64,000 bases of DNA from Callorhinchus milii (lineage: Eukaryota), in the NCBI RefSeq assembly GCF_018977255.1, contig NW_024704743.1:25546001-25610000 (forward strand), in the 5' to 3' direction. The notes under the pieces are model-generated. The model worked only from the letters and a program-made list of their open reading frames with translations. It did no database searches and was not told where the DNA came from. The translations under genes and the position numbers were made by a program. Each line of letters begins with the position of its first letter. Within the stretch, counting starts at the first letter, position 1. This document shows, in pieces, positions 36,701 through 48,963 of this stretch.

Positions 36701-37654
36701 AATGTCCCACAAACAGCCATGAAGTGAATGATTCATTTCTGTTTGGGAGTTTGTTGGTCACAACACTGGGAGAAACCCCTCTTTTTTGAATTGTTTCATG
36801 GGATCTTTAACATCTTTTTATAAATCTTTTCTTCTTGTTACTTCTTTATGAAGTTCTTGGAAGACATGCTTAACTTTCTGGGACCCTCTTCCCAGCCAAC
36901 TTTCCTTTACTTCCAACCACATGATTCAGGCATGACTGCCCATCAGAATGTTCCCTTATGGTGAAAATACTGCAGATATTTAGGGGATGTGGTCATGCTG
37001 AATATTTGTAGTATTAGCTGGTTGTTATTTATTTCTGAAGGGTCAAGTTTAAAACTATATTCTGGTGTGCGTGCTGCCCTAGATGTTCAAAGACAACCTT
37101 TGTTGGAAGATGTTTAGCTGTTGAGGTTTTGTTGCTAATTGATTGCAATTCTGTGTCCCTCACACAGTCAGGGGGCTGATCAGGATCAATAGGTTGGTGC
37201 TTTTACTATTTCCGATGCTATCTTTTATCCTTTAGGCAGTTTAGGGCATTGGATTGCTTCTAAAAAACGTCTGACACCTTTCATATTGAATTACTAGTTT
37301 GTGTGAATATTTGCTAGTTGTTCCGAGGTGTAGACACTAATCTTATATAACTACAGGTTTCTGTTTAATTTGTCCTTGGAAAGCTCCTATTGTCCACCTC
37401 CCATTCTTTTCCTTATTTTAGATCACAGTTACATGATTTGTTTTGGTTTTGTGACGCCTGACATTTCTCGCAATCTTAAGCGTGAGATTTATCTTAATAT
37501 CTTCCTTCCTGAGTGCACTTTTTAAGCAATCTGACTGGTTGGAAATATAATTCTAAACTATCCATTCAGATAATGGGAACCAAAATTGAATCTTTCTTGA
37601 AAAGTTTTAAATGTACAAGGAAGATTTTGTACTGTTGAGTGCTTGAACTGTCAA

Positions 37655-37945
37655 ATCAGCTCAGTGAGTTGCACTCTCGTCTCCAACTCAGAAAGTTGTG
37701 AGTTCAAGCCCAACATGGGGACTTGGAACTCATATGGTCTTGGCTTACACTCATGCAGTGCTGGGCGTATGCTGCATCATCAGAGGAGCCGTCCTTCAGA
37801 TGAGGCATTGAATTTAGGACCTGTCTACCTGTTCAAGTGGATGTGAAAAATCCTATGGCACAATTTGAAAAGAAAAGGAAGTTTCACCCAATGTCCTGGC
37901 TAACAATCCCCCAAATAAAAATTGGTTTACTCACTTTGTGGTTAT
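37655..37945 (+). mobile_element. Deu-domain SINE (3'-truncated)
   Basis: Alignable to 51684-52112. Confidence 0.78.
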
Positions 37946-38639
37946 AGATCGGTCTCTTCTAAATCACCTCTTTTACACCACCTCCTTCCCTTTCTTTCTC
38001 CCCGTACACCCCTCCTCCTGACTTGAAACGCACCATATAAAGGTAAATTCTTGTTGGGTGGGATTATTGTATTAACATAGGTCCTGAAGATATGCTTATA
38101 TAGGTTCTTGAAGATATACTTAAAGAGCAGATGAGTTGGATCGGTTGACTAGTTTATTGTGCAGTCAACACTTCATGCCCTCTGCCTGTTCTGGTGGTTC
38201 AGGTGGATGTTAAAGGACTATTTTGAAGAGCAACAATTTTGCCTAGTGCCCTGGCCAATATTCCTCCCTCATACAAAATCACCCCCAAATCCCATTAAAT
38301 ATGGTAGTTAGTCTCACTGGTGATTGTGGGATGTGGATCAGCTACCACTCTTGTCCCAATGCCAGTAGTCACTACACTCCAAAGAATTTATTGTGTGAAG
38401 CATGTTTCAAAGTTGTAACATGATTAGGTGCTATATGAATTGCTTGTCAGTATTGACAGTACATTCTATATTTATGACATTGAATGTACCAAATATGCAG
38501 GTGGCAAATTCCCTCCCCCTCCCCCCCTACCCCTTCCACTATCATTCTTAGTGGTGAAGTAACTGGTGAAATTGTACCCTCAGGTACATCACCACCAACA
38601 CCTGTTCTCCTCCCCCCAGCATCTTCCCTTCCACCTCGT

Positions 38640-39330
38640 CCACTGTCCAGGGCCCCAAACACAGTTCAAGTGAGACAGCGATTTATGTGTAGTACCATCA
38701 ATATAGTTCACTGCTCACAATGTGGTCTCCTCTATAATGGGGAGACCAAACCCAGATTAGATGATAGATTTGCCAAACACCTCTGTTCTGCCGCAAGCAC
38801 AATTCTGAGCTTCCGGTTGCTTGCCACTTCAACTCTCTGTCTCACTCGCACTCTGACCTCTCCATCCATGGTCTCCTACGCTGTTCCAGTGAAGCACAGC
38901 GCAAGCTTGAGGAATAGGACCTCATCTATCTGCTAGGAACCTTACAGACCCCTGGCTTCTATTGAGTTCAACCACTTCAGACCATAAGAACAGCTCCCAT
39001 CTCCCATAACAGCTTATATTCCCCTTCCCCCTCTTCTGTGACCATGAGCACATCATATGGGTCCCAGACACGCCTTTTCTTTCTCTGGTCTGTCTCTGCT
39101 GTCCTCAGATTTGTATTATTAACACCTCTTTAATCCATCATACCCATTCCTCTACCTCATTTTCTCCTTTGTCTTCCTTGCCCTGCCTTCCCTCTCTGCT
39201 GGTCCTCAAAAACCTCTCCCGCCCAACACCCCCGAGTTCTGATGAAGGGTGATGGACCCGAAACATTGACCCACTTTCCTTTCTCCACAGATGCTGCCTG
39301 AGTGTTCCGAGCGGTCTCTGTTTTTGTTTC
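38640..39330 (+). mobile_element. Penelope-like element remnant (GIY-YIG endonuclease end plus terminal region)
   Basis: HCSQCGLLYNGETKPRLDDRFAKHL...VACHFNS...RKLEE; followed by CTGATGA...GAAAC and TTCTCCACAGATGCTGCCTG. Confidence 0.85.
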
Positions 39331-39344
39331 TGTACCTTCAGGTG

Positions 39345-39746
39345 TCAGCCTGGCTCATTCTCTTGCCTTTGAGTCTGAAGGTTGTAGGTTCAAACCCCAG
39401 TTTGGGACTTTGAACTCACAGTCTAGGCTGACAATTCAAGCAGTGCAGGGTTATGCTGCATTGTCAAAGGAACCATCCTGAAGTCTTATCTCCTTGTTCA
39501 AGTGAACATTAAAGATTCCGTGGCACTGTTCAAAAAGAGAAGTGAATTTCTCTTGGTGTCCTTGTCAAAAATCGTCCAAATAAAATTGGTCACTCACCTC
39601 ATGGCTGTTTGTGGAACATTGCTTGCACAACCGGCTGCCTCATTTGCCTACAAAGGCACAGTTGCTTTACAGTAAATCCTATGAAGCATTTGGAGACATC
39701 TTGAGATATGAAAGATGCTATATTAAATGCAAGGATTATTATTATT
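39345..39746 (+). mobile_element. Deu-domain SINE
   Basis: Alignable to 51684-52112. Confidence 0.8.
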
Positions 39747-39859
39747 GCAATACTTTGCAAGCCTTTGCTTCTGTGCAGCCTACATGACACAGTGTAGAAG
39801 CCGCAATGTATTATTCTGGAGATCAAATACTAGGTTAGACAGGTGGCATGCATGTAAAT

Positions 39860-40331
39860 GTATGAGCACAGAGGCCAAACTACCTGGCTATACCTCTCAC
39901 CATACCGCACATCCCAAACGCCATGGCGGTGGTGTGGCCCTCATTTTCAGGACCTCAATTGCTCAGTCCCCTTATTCCTCTGCCTCATTCCCCTCATTCG
40001 AGCACCCTACACTCTACCAACCCTCCAATCTTTCCTTCAAAATTCTCCTCAGTTACCGCCCCCCCAAAACCTCCCCCACCTTCATCTCTGATGTCTCCTA
40101 GCTTCCTTCTGCCTCTGTTCTGAACACCTCCTCATCCTCAGCAACTTCAACCTTCCCTTCATCCCCTCCTGCTCTACTCACAAACTTCACCCTGTTACAC
40201 CAGCCACCTCTGCTTCCTCAAAGGTCAGGTGCGGGCCACTGACGTACATGGCTCAAATTTGATCTAACTGGCTGGACCACATCAAAACGTATCTCTCTGC
40301 GCTCGCCACCGCCACATCATCCTACTCCAAG
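39860..40331 (+). mobile_element. L2 LINE apurinic-endonuclease domain fragment
   Basis: PGYTSHH...RHGGGVALIFR...SFEH...YRPPK; an L2 3' part follows at ~40656-40915 after a SINE. Confidence 0.8.
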
Positions 40332-40655
40332 ATAATAATAATAATCCTTGCATTTGATATAGCGCTTTTCACGTCGGGAGGATGTCCCAAAGCGCTTCAC
40401 AGAACACACTGTAAAGTAAATTGACTGTGTATTTGTGGGCGAATGCGGCAGTCAATTGCGCACAGCAATGTCCCACAAACAGTCGTAGATTGAAAATGGC
40501 CAATTTATTATTGTTTGGGGTTTTTGGAGGGATTATTATTAGGCTCTGTGTGGAGTATGGAAACTTGCCCAAGGTTTCGCCCTGACCTGCCTGGAATTGA
40601 ACTCAGGTCTCTCGCTTGCAAAGCGAGTGCTCTAACCACTGAGCTACAGGACTCC
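40332..40655 (-). mobile_element. Young tRNA-derived SINE (subfamily A) inside an L2 remnant
   Basis: Near-identical to 48649-48963. Confidence 0.9.
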
Positions 40656-43600
40656 ACCGGCAGCTGGACTTTCAGTTGTGCTCCACCATTTGGAACTCCA
40701 TCCCACAATCTCTTCGCCTTGCTCCTCTCTTGCCTCCTTCAAGGCACAACTCAAGACCCTCCTTTTTGAGCTGCCTTCAGCCTCTTGCCTAACTCTCTGC
40801 CCTCCCTCATCCCAACCCTGCCCCCCCACACTCGTGTCCCGATCCCTGACTGATCAGCACCTTGTGATGTCCTCCCGACGTGAAAGGCACTGTACAAATG
40901 TAATGTTGTTGTTGCTGTGTCAATCCCCTGCAAGAACCTTAAAAACGTTCTTGCTTTCAAGACAGGAGAACAGAAAATGTGAAAGAAAAAAAAACTGCTC
41001 AAAGACAAGCCATATGTTTCTGCAGTAGGTTAAGAAAATGGAAAATACTCCTTTATGAGAGTTCTGCAAGTGAAAAATGTAGGCCTAAAGTATTTATTTA
41101 CCCACCTTCAAACCTGGCTGAACACCTATTGTTTTAAACGTGCTTTCATTCACCTTTCTTCCTCTCCCTTCCCCATCGTTACCCTCACATTGGGCTCCAA
41201 TTCAACTGTGTAAAGAGATTTGAGATGCCCTCCCAATGTACACCGTATAAATGTAAACTGTTCTTGAAACAGAAGTTTGCTCACAGCAAGGTCCTCAAAA
41301 AATATGGCACTGTTTGAAAAGAGAAGGGAATTTCTCTCGGTGTTCTGGTCTACAATTCCCTAGATAAAATTAGATAAGTACGTACCGCATGGCTGTTTGT
41401 GGAACATTGCTGTGCTCAAATTAGCACAGCAATGTCCCATAATGACTGTGTATTTTATGGGTGTTTGCAGTCATCACACTCTACAGTAAAATCCTATGAG
41501 GCACTGTAAGAAGTCCCCCTGACGTGAAAGACTCCGTTACAAATGGAAGAATTCTTTTTATTTCTTACTTTTATGTGTGCGAATGCAAAACACCCTAAAG
41601 GGTGAAAATGTTGCCTGTCATTGTGCCAACAGAGGTGTTGCCCTCGCAGTATCTGGAGCATCACCTGACCTGTCTGTTGGGGATTGTAGGTACTCAAAGC
41701 ATACTTGGTTTAAAATATAATGATGTTCGTCCCAGAAAATCAGTTAATTCTCGCTTGTCTAATGTCACTCATGATATTGAGTGTTAGAAAAATCCTGTGA
41801 AGACTTTGTGAAGAACCTGTGTCCTCTTTTTGTAGCTCGACGCTACAAGCATTTCCCATGTGCACAGACAGCATGATCTCTTGTGCCAGGGGTAACATAC
41901 CTAACAACTGACTTTCCTTTGGGTCCACTAGGTGGTGTTGGTGGTGCTTTTTTTTTATTCCCAAAACTTTTGAAATCTTCCTCTCTAATAGTCCGAGAGA
42001 AAATTCCTGCTTTACAAGAAATGCCAAGCTGTTGCTTTGCAGATGGCATCTGTAACCACCCTCCTGCCGCTAGTTTCCGTCAGTGAGCTGAAGAACTGTA
42101 ATGACCGGCACTGGAGCTGTCAGATCAACAAAGTCCTGTTTATTGCTGGAATCTGAATTGTTCACAGTTTCAGCCAGCAATGAAGTTTAGAAAGCTCGAG
42201 TCGCAGTTCTGGGCAATTGTTTAGGTGGCTGAGTATACAGCCATCTTCATCGCCTGTGCTGTGGATTGACAAGTCTTAAGCGTGTGATCCCTGTGTGATG
42301 GTAACCCTCCCATCTCACACAAAATTTCGCCCACAAAATCATAGTCAATTCACTTTACATTGTATTCCGTGAAGCGATTCGAGACATCTCGAAGACGTGA
42401 TAAGGTGCTATATCAAATGCAAGGATTATTATTATTCTAATCTCTCAGGAGCCTGGTTTGGGGCAATGGGCACCAGGCACTGTCTGGAGGGGATCAAAAG
42501 AAGGAGAGGACCTCAAAGGGTCACCATGGGCTGTGCTCACACACCTCCTGGGCAGCCAGCTCAGTGTGATATTGGCAGCTCTTCAACTTGTCCTCTTGGG
42601 GGCATGGTGTGGGAGGAAGTGGGGTGTGGGGGGTGGGGGAAACAATTTGAGGCAAAATAAGGGAAAATTAAGAGGACCGTTCAGCTGTCAATCAGCTGTT
42701 AGCTGCCATCAAGATGATCCTTTATTTGCATTGTTTTACTGTCTTTGTTATTTCAATTCGAACTCATTCAAAGAGGCAGGCATCAGAATAACTACGGTAA
42801 CTGTGCACAAAGTGTGGCGAAATAAACTGGCAATGGGTCGGCTTATTGTTGTAGCTGGTTGTGAACCTGATGTTAACCTTTGCCCTATTGAGCAAAATGG
42901 GAGATTCCCAACACAAGTGCCCTTTTGTTTCGCAGGCATTATTTTTAACATCTGTTATTCTGGTTAGGAGATCTTGACATTTTTTTTCTTTCTGTGACCA
43001 GCGCACTCCGTTTAACAGGATGTGATGGCAGCAGGTAGGAGGTCAATTCCCCCTCCCTTTAAAACGCATTATTTGAAAATATAATTCTTCCCGCTTTTCT
43101 CCATTTGTGAAGCTGCGGCTGAAAGTGAATAAAGCGTCGCGAGTCACACGTTTTGTCATCAGTTAGTGCTGGGTCAAGTGGTCTTGGCCAGTATAGCATT
43201 ACGTTAGCCTCTGTTGCTCCTGAGCTGAAGAGGGTGAAAATCGGCCAGGGTTACTGCTGCTAACCCATAGCCCTGACCTCTGCTGGAGTTGTGCTTGTGT
43301 GTGCAAACAGGATTTTGTTCAGCTGTGATTTCCTTCTTTCCTCTGTTTTGGTTTCCACTCTCCCTCCCCATTGTCTAGTGATATACCAGTGACTGAGGGG
43401 GAAATATTGGTTGTCATTTGACCCTCGTTGAATTGCATCTGAAAACCCTGTGCGTCTTCAGGGAAGTAGATATGTGAGGGCTGAGGAATTCAATTATACC
43501 CCACATCTTTAGCATCCCTCGCCCCTACCTGTTCAAATCGAAATGGCAACTTGCTCCCAGGCCCTTACTGCTCTGTTATTGTCAGTACAGTATTATGCAC

Positions 43601-43714
43601 TGATGATCCATGCTCCCGCAGAGGGTGGAAGCAGCTGTCCTCGGCTCAGTTCCTCCCCCTGGTGGCCTGGCCATCACCACACGCTTGTGTGGACATTGTA
43701 CCATATACAGTACA

Positions 43715-43975
43715 CAATACAAAATTACATTCGTATAGCGTCTTTCATGTCGGGAGGATCTTCCTAAGGCACTGGACAGTCGGATTTCGAACCGAGCTGG
43801 GCGTCGGGATCGGAGAGGGTGGAGGGCAAAGAGAGTAAGAGGGTGGCTAAAGGCGCGGTCAAAGTGGAGAGTTTTGAGATGCGCCTTGAAGAAGGCAAGG
43901 GAGAGAATGAATGGCATGTGGGATGGAGTTCCAAAGGATGGGGGCAGAAAGGCTGAAGGCCTGCCCACTGATGCT
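43715..43975 (-). mobile_element. L2 3' fragment
   Basis: FKAHLKTLHFDRAF and an L2-type tail. Confidence 0.75.
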
Positions 43976-44809
43976 ATGAACAGCTCTATCCTCCTGGAGA
44001 GTATAGCAGGGTTATTTTTTGAATAGATTTCACAGTACAAATGTCTTCATTACTGGGGAAAGAGTAGGGCCTCATTTTCTTTGGAATGAAATTATGTGAG
44101 ATCAGATGAGACGGTGCTCATCACAAAAATGAACCCGGTGCCATTTACATCAGTCAACTCTCTGTTTGCCTATCAGTGGTTTCCTGAGTCCTTTCGTTTT
44201 CTCCCCTCCCGTTCTACTCTCCTGAAAGCTTTTTCATTATTTTACTTCTACTCTGGTTGGCAGTGGTGCCCTTATTGGCCAAATGGGTAAAGGTACAGGT
44301 TTGTGTCTGTTTGGACTGGTCTAAGGTTTGGGAAAGGCTAATCCATGCCTATGCCACCTCTAGATTTGATTTCTCCAATGCCTTCCTTTCCAGTGTTTCT
44401 ATCTGAACCCTTCATAAACTACAGATTACCCAGAGATCTTAAACCAAGGTCTTGTCTGCCTGTTTAGGTGGATGTTAAAGAGCCCAAGGCATTGTTCGTA
44501 AAGAGAAGGGAGTCTCTACCTGTGCCCTGGCCAATAATTCCCCAGGTAAAATTGGTCATTCACTTCGTGGCAGTTTGTGGGACTTTGCTGTGTGCAAAAT
44601 GGCCACAAAATATAATGAATTCACTTTACAGTATATTCTGTGAAGTGCTTTGAGACGCCTTGAAGATGTGATAAGGCGCTATATCAAATGCAAGGATTAT
44701 TATTATTATTATTTCACCTACATGTTTCCCGCAGTGGTTGCACTTTACAGTCAATCCTGTGAAGTGCTATGTCAAATGTAAGTATTATTATAATTATTAT
44801 AACTCCACA

Positions 44810-45285
44810 TTCATATCCCTTCCTGTACCAGGCTCTGTGATCCAATATGGTATTATTGACAGACTTCACTGCTTCAATTTCCCCAGTAGGTTGACTTTAA
44901 CGTCTTTATTAAGCATCAAATGTCTCCATGCCCTTGCCCCATCCTTTATCTGCGATCTTCTGTGGTACTTCTGTGTCCCACTTACTCTCTTCACTTTGCT
45001 AACTCAGACCTGCTTCATGTCCCCCACCCTCTCTGCCCCCATTATGAGCAATTGAGCTTCCAGGAACTTTCCCCCCACTGTCTGGAACTCTCTCCCTAAA
45101 TCCTTCTGACTCACACCTTCCCTGCTTTCCTTCTAAAATCCTACCTCTTTGACTGTGCCTTCAGTCACCTCCGTTCTAACCCCCATCCCTAAATCTCCCA
45201 CTCTGGCCAGGATCCCACTCAATCTCGGTGAATCACTTTGAGATACTTTCGTACGTGAATGGGTGCTTCGTAATTCAAGTTATTG
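44810..45285 (+). mobile_element. Degenerate L2 3' fragment
   Basis: Contains CTCCATGCCCTTGCCCC...CTGGAACTCTCTCCCT...CTCTTTGACTGTGCCTT. Confidence 0.65.
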
Positions 45286-46257
45286 TAAAAATATCAGCAA
45301 CTTAGAATAATAATTAACTTTTATTTATGTAGCAACTTTCACGTAAAATAAACATCCCACAAATATTTACAAAATATGCTTGGTTAGATGTTGTTACGTA
45401 GGCAAACCTGGGTGAAACTCCAGGAATACAAAAGATTGTTTTGTAAATATGTTTCGCAAGTCAAACAAATGTAGGCAGTATTGGCAGCCGGGCAAGCCGT
45501 CGGGTGCAGTAGTTGGTAGGGGAGGTTTCTGGAGAGAGTGCAGAGATGTGGTCAAAATATTTTGTTTAATTCAAAACGGTTTGTAAAAACTCTCTCCTGG
45601 TTAGCTTCCTTGACCTTCTTAGTTCAGCTGTCAATCACAGGTGACCGTGTACTGTGGTGACTTGGGTTTCTAAAGTCCCCTTCCTGCTGCATAGCTCAGA
45701 GGCAGGATAGAGGTGCACTGGGCTGTAGGAAGGTGGACCCTTTGATCTCAAGTCTGCAGTGAGGTCTTGAAAAGCACCAGCTCCGTGTTGTGTAATGTTG
45801 CCATTGAATCAAAGGCAGCTCCTGTCTATTATGCTGCTGTCAGGATGGGGCTTGCTATTGACAGATGCTGTTCTTGGTTCAGTCACAAAAGAATTGATAC
45901 ACTCTCCCTTACCATTTCAGTCACAAAGGAATCATACAGTGTAATAGACTGCATAAAGTCAGACACGTTTTGGGCTAAATACTCTCAATATGTCTCAGTA
46001 ACAACGTATGGGTATAGTACTCCAGTTGCATTCCAGCTTAGCTACACTTCACTGTTAAGGGCCGCTGTTGATTGTTTTCTTCCTGCTATGAAAAAGGACA
46101 TTAAGAACAGTTTTGTTCAGTTATGTTAACATCTTCCTTTTGCTTCAGTACATGTTTTTGCAACTTTTTTTTATAATTATCAAAATGATGCAACTCCGTT
46201 TTTCATTTTCTTTTCTGTTTCAGATTTCTCCCAGCTTTCTAAAGTCAGGACTATAAT

Positions 46258-46642
46258 TAATAATCCTTGCATGTCTCAAAGCACTTAACAGAATATACTG
46301 TGAAATGTAGTGACTGTGTGTTTGTAGGTGAACATGACAATTATTTTGTGCATCGCAATGTGCATGAAACAAATGACCAATTTTTTTTTCTCTGGGGTAT
46401 TAAAAACCAGGACACTGAGAGAAACTTCCTTCACTTTTCAAATATTTTGAGTATTGTGGAATTTTTCACGTCCACTTGAACAAGTAGGTGGGATCTCGGT
46501 TTAAACATCTCAACTGAAGGACGACACTTCCAACTATGCAACATATCCCATTACTGCATTGAAGTGCAGTCTAGACTGTGAACTTAAAAGTCCTGATGTG
46601 GGGCTTGAACCCATAACCTTCTGACTCAGAGATAAGAGTGCT
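46258..46642 (-). mobile_element. Deu-domain SINE
   Basis: Reverse complement copy, head-to-head with the SINE at 46691. Confidence 0.78.
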
Positions 46643-46690
46643 AATGACTGAGCCAGACTGACATAATATCAAGGAGCATAACAATGTGTT

Positions 46691-46958
46691 GGAGTCCTGT
46701 AGCTTAGTGCTTAGAACAGTAAGTAGGAACTCGGTTGTTAGTCGATTGGCGGATTACTTTTCCGGGGATAATAATCCCTCAAAAAAAAGAATTTGGTCAC
46801 TCGATCCCCAACTATTTGTGGGACACTGTTTAGCGTAATTAGCTGCCGCATTTCGCCCACAAATATATAGTCAATTCACTTTACAGTATATTCTGTGAAA
46901 GCCTTTCAGATGTCTAGAAAATGTGATAAGGGCTATATCAAATGTAAGGATAATTATC
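46691..46958 (+). mobile_element. tRNA-derived SINE (subfamily B, internally deleted)
   Basis: The head is joined directly to CAGTAAGTAGGAACTCGG. Confidence 0.8.
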
Positions 46959-48236
46959 AATATCCCTAGGCATGAAACCTGGGATATTCCTAATGCACTA
47001 TGCACCAGCTAACCCAGTACAGCCCAGTTTTCAAATCTATCTACAATCTCCTGTTCTAATGGGTTACTGTTAATGTGGGCAATGCATTTTCCCCACCAAT
47101 TCATTTCGATGTAAACATGCGCTTGGTGTTAACCTTGAGATCTGTGAGGGTCAAAGTTACAGCATTCTGTTGCTATTTATGGAGCTCTGTTTATGGAATG
47201 TGTTTTGAAATACCCCAGACTTTTCAAGTTAGTGCTTACACCTTGCTTAAAGAGTCAAGGGCGCTGCTATCTTGGTTATCCTCCACAGTGTGTCAGACAT
47301 GTGCTGACCAAAACAAAAATCTTGGATTCCCAGTTAATAGGAGGTGGTGGGGGGGCCTTTTTGAGCATTGAATATGGCCTTTCTCAGCTTATTCACAGGA
47401 CACTGGTCTAACTCAGAACAACAACAACTTTTGTACAGCATTTGTATAGTGCCCTCATGCAGGGTAACATCCCAGAGCACTTGATACTGGTGGAGCACAA
47501 TGTCGAGCCAGGGGAAGGTGACCCTAGGCATGGTCAAAGAGGAAGGTCTTCAGGCGTAATCTGAAGATGGGGAAGGAAAGGGCAAGACTGAGGGAATACA
47601 GGAAGAGTGTTTCCAGAGTTTTGGAGGGGTAGTGGCTGAAAGCTCAAGCAATGCCCCATGAATAAACCCACAGATAGGAATGGAGGTTTCTGGTCTTTTA
47701 TACAAAAAAAACACCCAGTGGAAAACTGTTTTCCAAATCAAGATTCAATTAAAGAATTTTCTGATCATCGATTTTTGAGGTAAAATGGTCTTAAGGCTGA
47801 GACAGTCTCCCTATTATTCAATAAGAGCTTTGGTTGTGTGGCAACAGATCGTGTCAGATGCAAATGCAGTTGGTGTAAGGTAATGCTTGGTTCTGTAACT
47901 GTACAAGGAATGAACACACAGAAAAAGGCACAGATGGTCTGGATTCCGCTTGCTTGAATTGTTGCTGATTCATTCTGAGAAGATTGAAAACATCAGAAGT
48001 GGTAAAAGCTGCCAACACTCATTGTCACGGCTCCTGCGTGAAGAATGACTGGTAGGATGAAACACTGGAGTGCTGTCAGCTCTTGTGGAACCATACCCTA
48101 GCATGAGTCACTTGGAGACAGAAAATCAGAGAATACAGTGTTGTTTGAATCTTGTTCAATTATATTATAATAATGGTGTTTCTTTGCCACTTTTCTGCTT
48201 CAAGTTTTCAAAGGTTTGATTTCAAAAGTATTACCA

Positions 48237-48588
48237 ATAATAATAATAATCCTTGCATTTGATATGGCACCTTATCACATCTTTGAGACGTCTTAAAGTG
48301 CTTCACAGAATGTATTGTAAAGTGTATTGACTGTATATTTTATGGGTGAAACGCCTCAGCTAATTGCACAAAGCAGCGTCCCAGAAACAATCATGGATTT
48401 AGTGACCAAATTTTTTTTCAAGAAAAGCGATCCACCAATCGACGAACAACCGAGTTCCTACTTATTGTTTGGTAAACAGTGGTGTGTTTAATAAGAAAAC
48501 TTGGCCAGTGTTTCTCCCTGCCCGGGTGTCGAACTCAGGTCTTCTTGCTTGCAAGGCAAGTTCTCTGAGTTACAAGAAGCTACACTCT
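48237..48588 (-). mobile_element. tRNA-derived SINE (subfamily B)
   Basis: Reverse complement copy lying in tandem with the subfamily A copy at 48649. Confidence 0.85.
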
Positions 48589-48648
48589 ACAAAGCTAGCA
48601 GAATTTCAGTTCCCACTTTGTAAACCTCAAATTTGTCCTTGCAATACG

Positions 48649-48963
48649 ATAATAATAATAATAATAATCCTTGCAATTGATATAGCGCTTTTCACGTCGG
48701 GAGGATGTCCCAAAGCGCTTCACAGAACACGCTGTAAAGTGAATTGACTGTATATTTGTGGGCGAACACGGCAGCCAATTGCGCACAGCAATGTCCCACA
48801 AACAGTCGTAGATTGAAAATGACCAATTTATTATTGTTTTTGGAGGGATTATTATTAGGTGTGTGGAGTAAGGAAACTTGCCCAAGGTTTCGCCCTGCCT
48901 GGAATTGAACTCAGGTCTCTCGCTTGCAAAGCGAGTGCTCTAACCACTGAGCTACAGGACTCC
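48649..48963 (-). mobile_element. Young tRNA-derived SINE (subfamily A)
   Basis: Near-identical reverse complement of 60873-61195. Confidence 0.9.

Noticed and set aside
41600..42090. Cluster of short ORFs on both strands
   Set aside because: No recognisable domain or convincing splice signals; it may be a decayed transposon but I cannot support a call.
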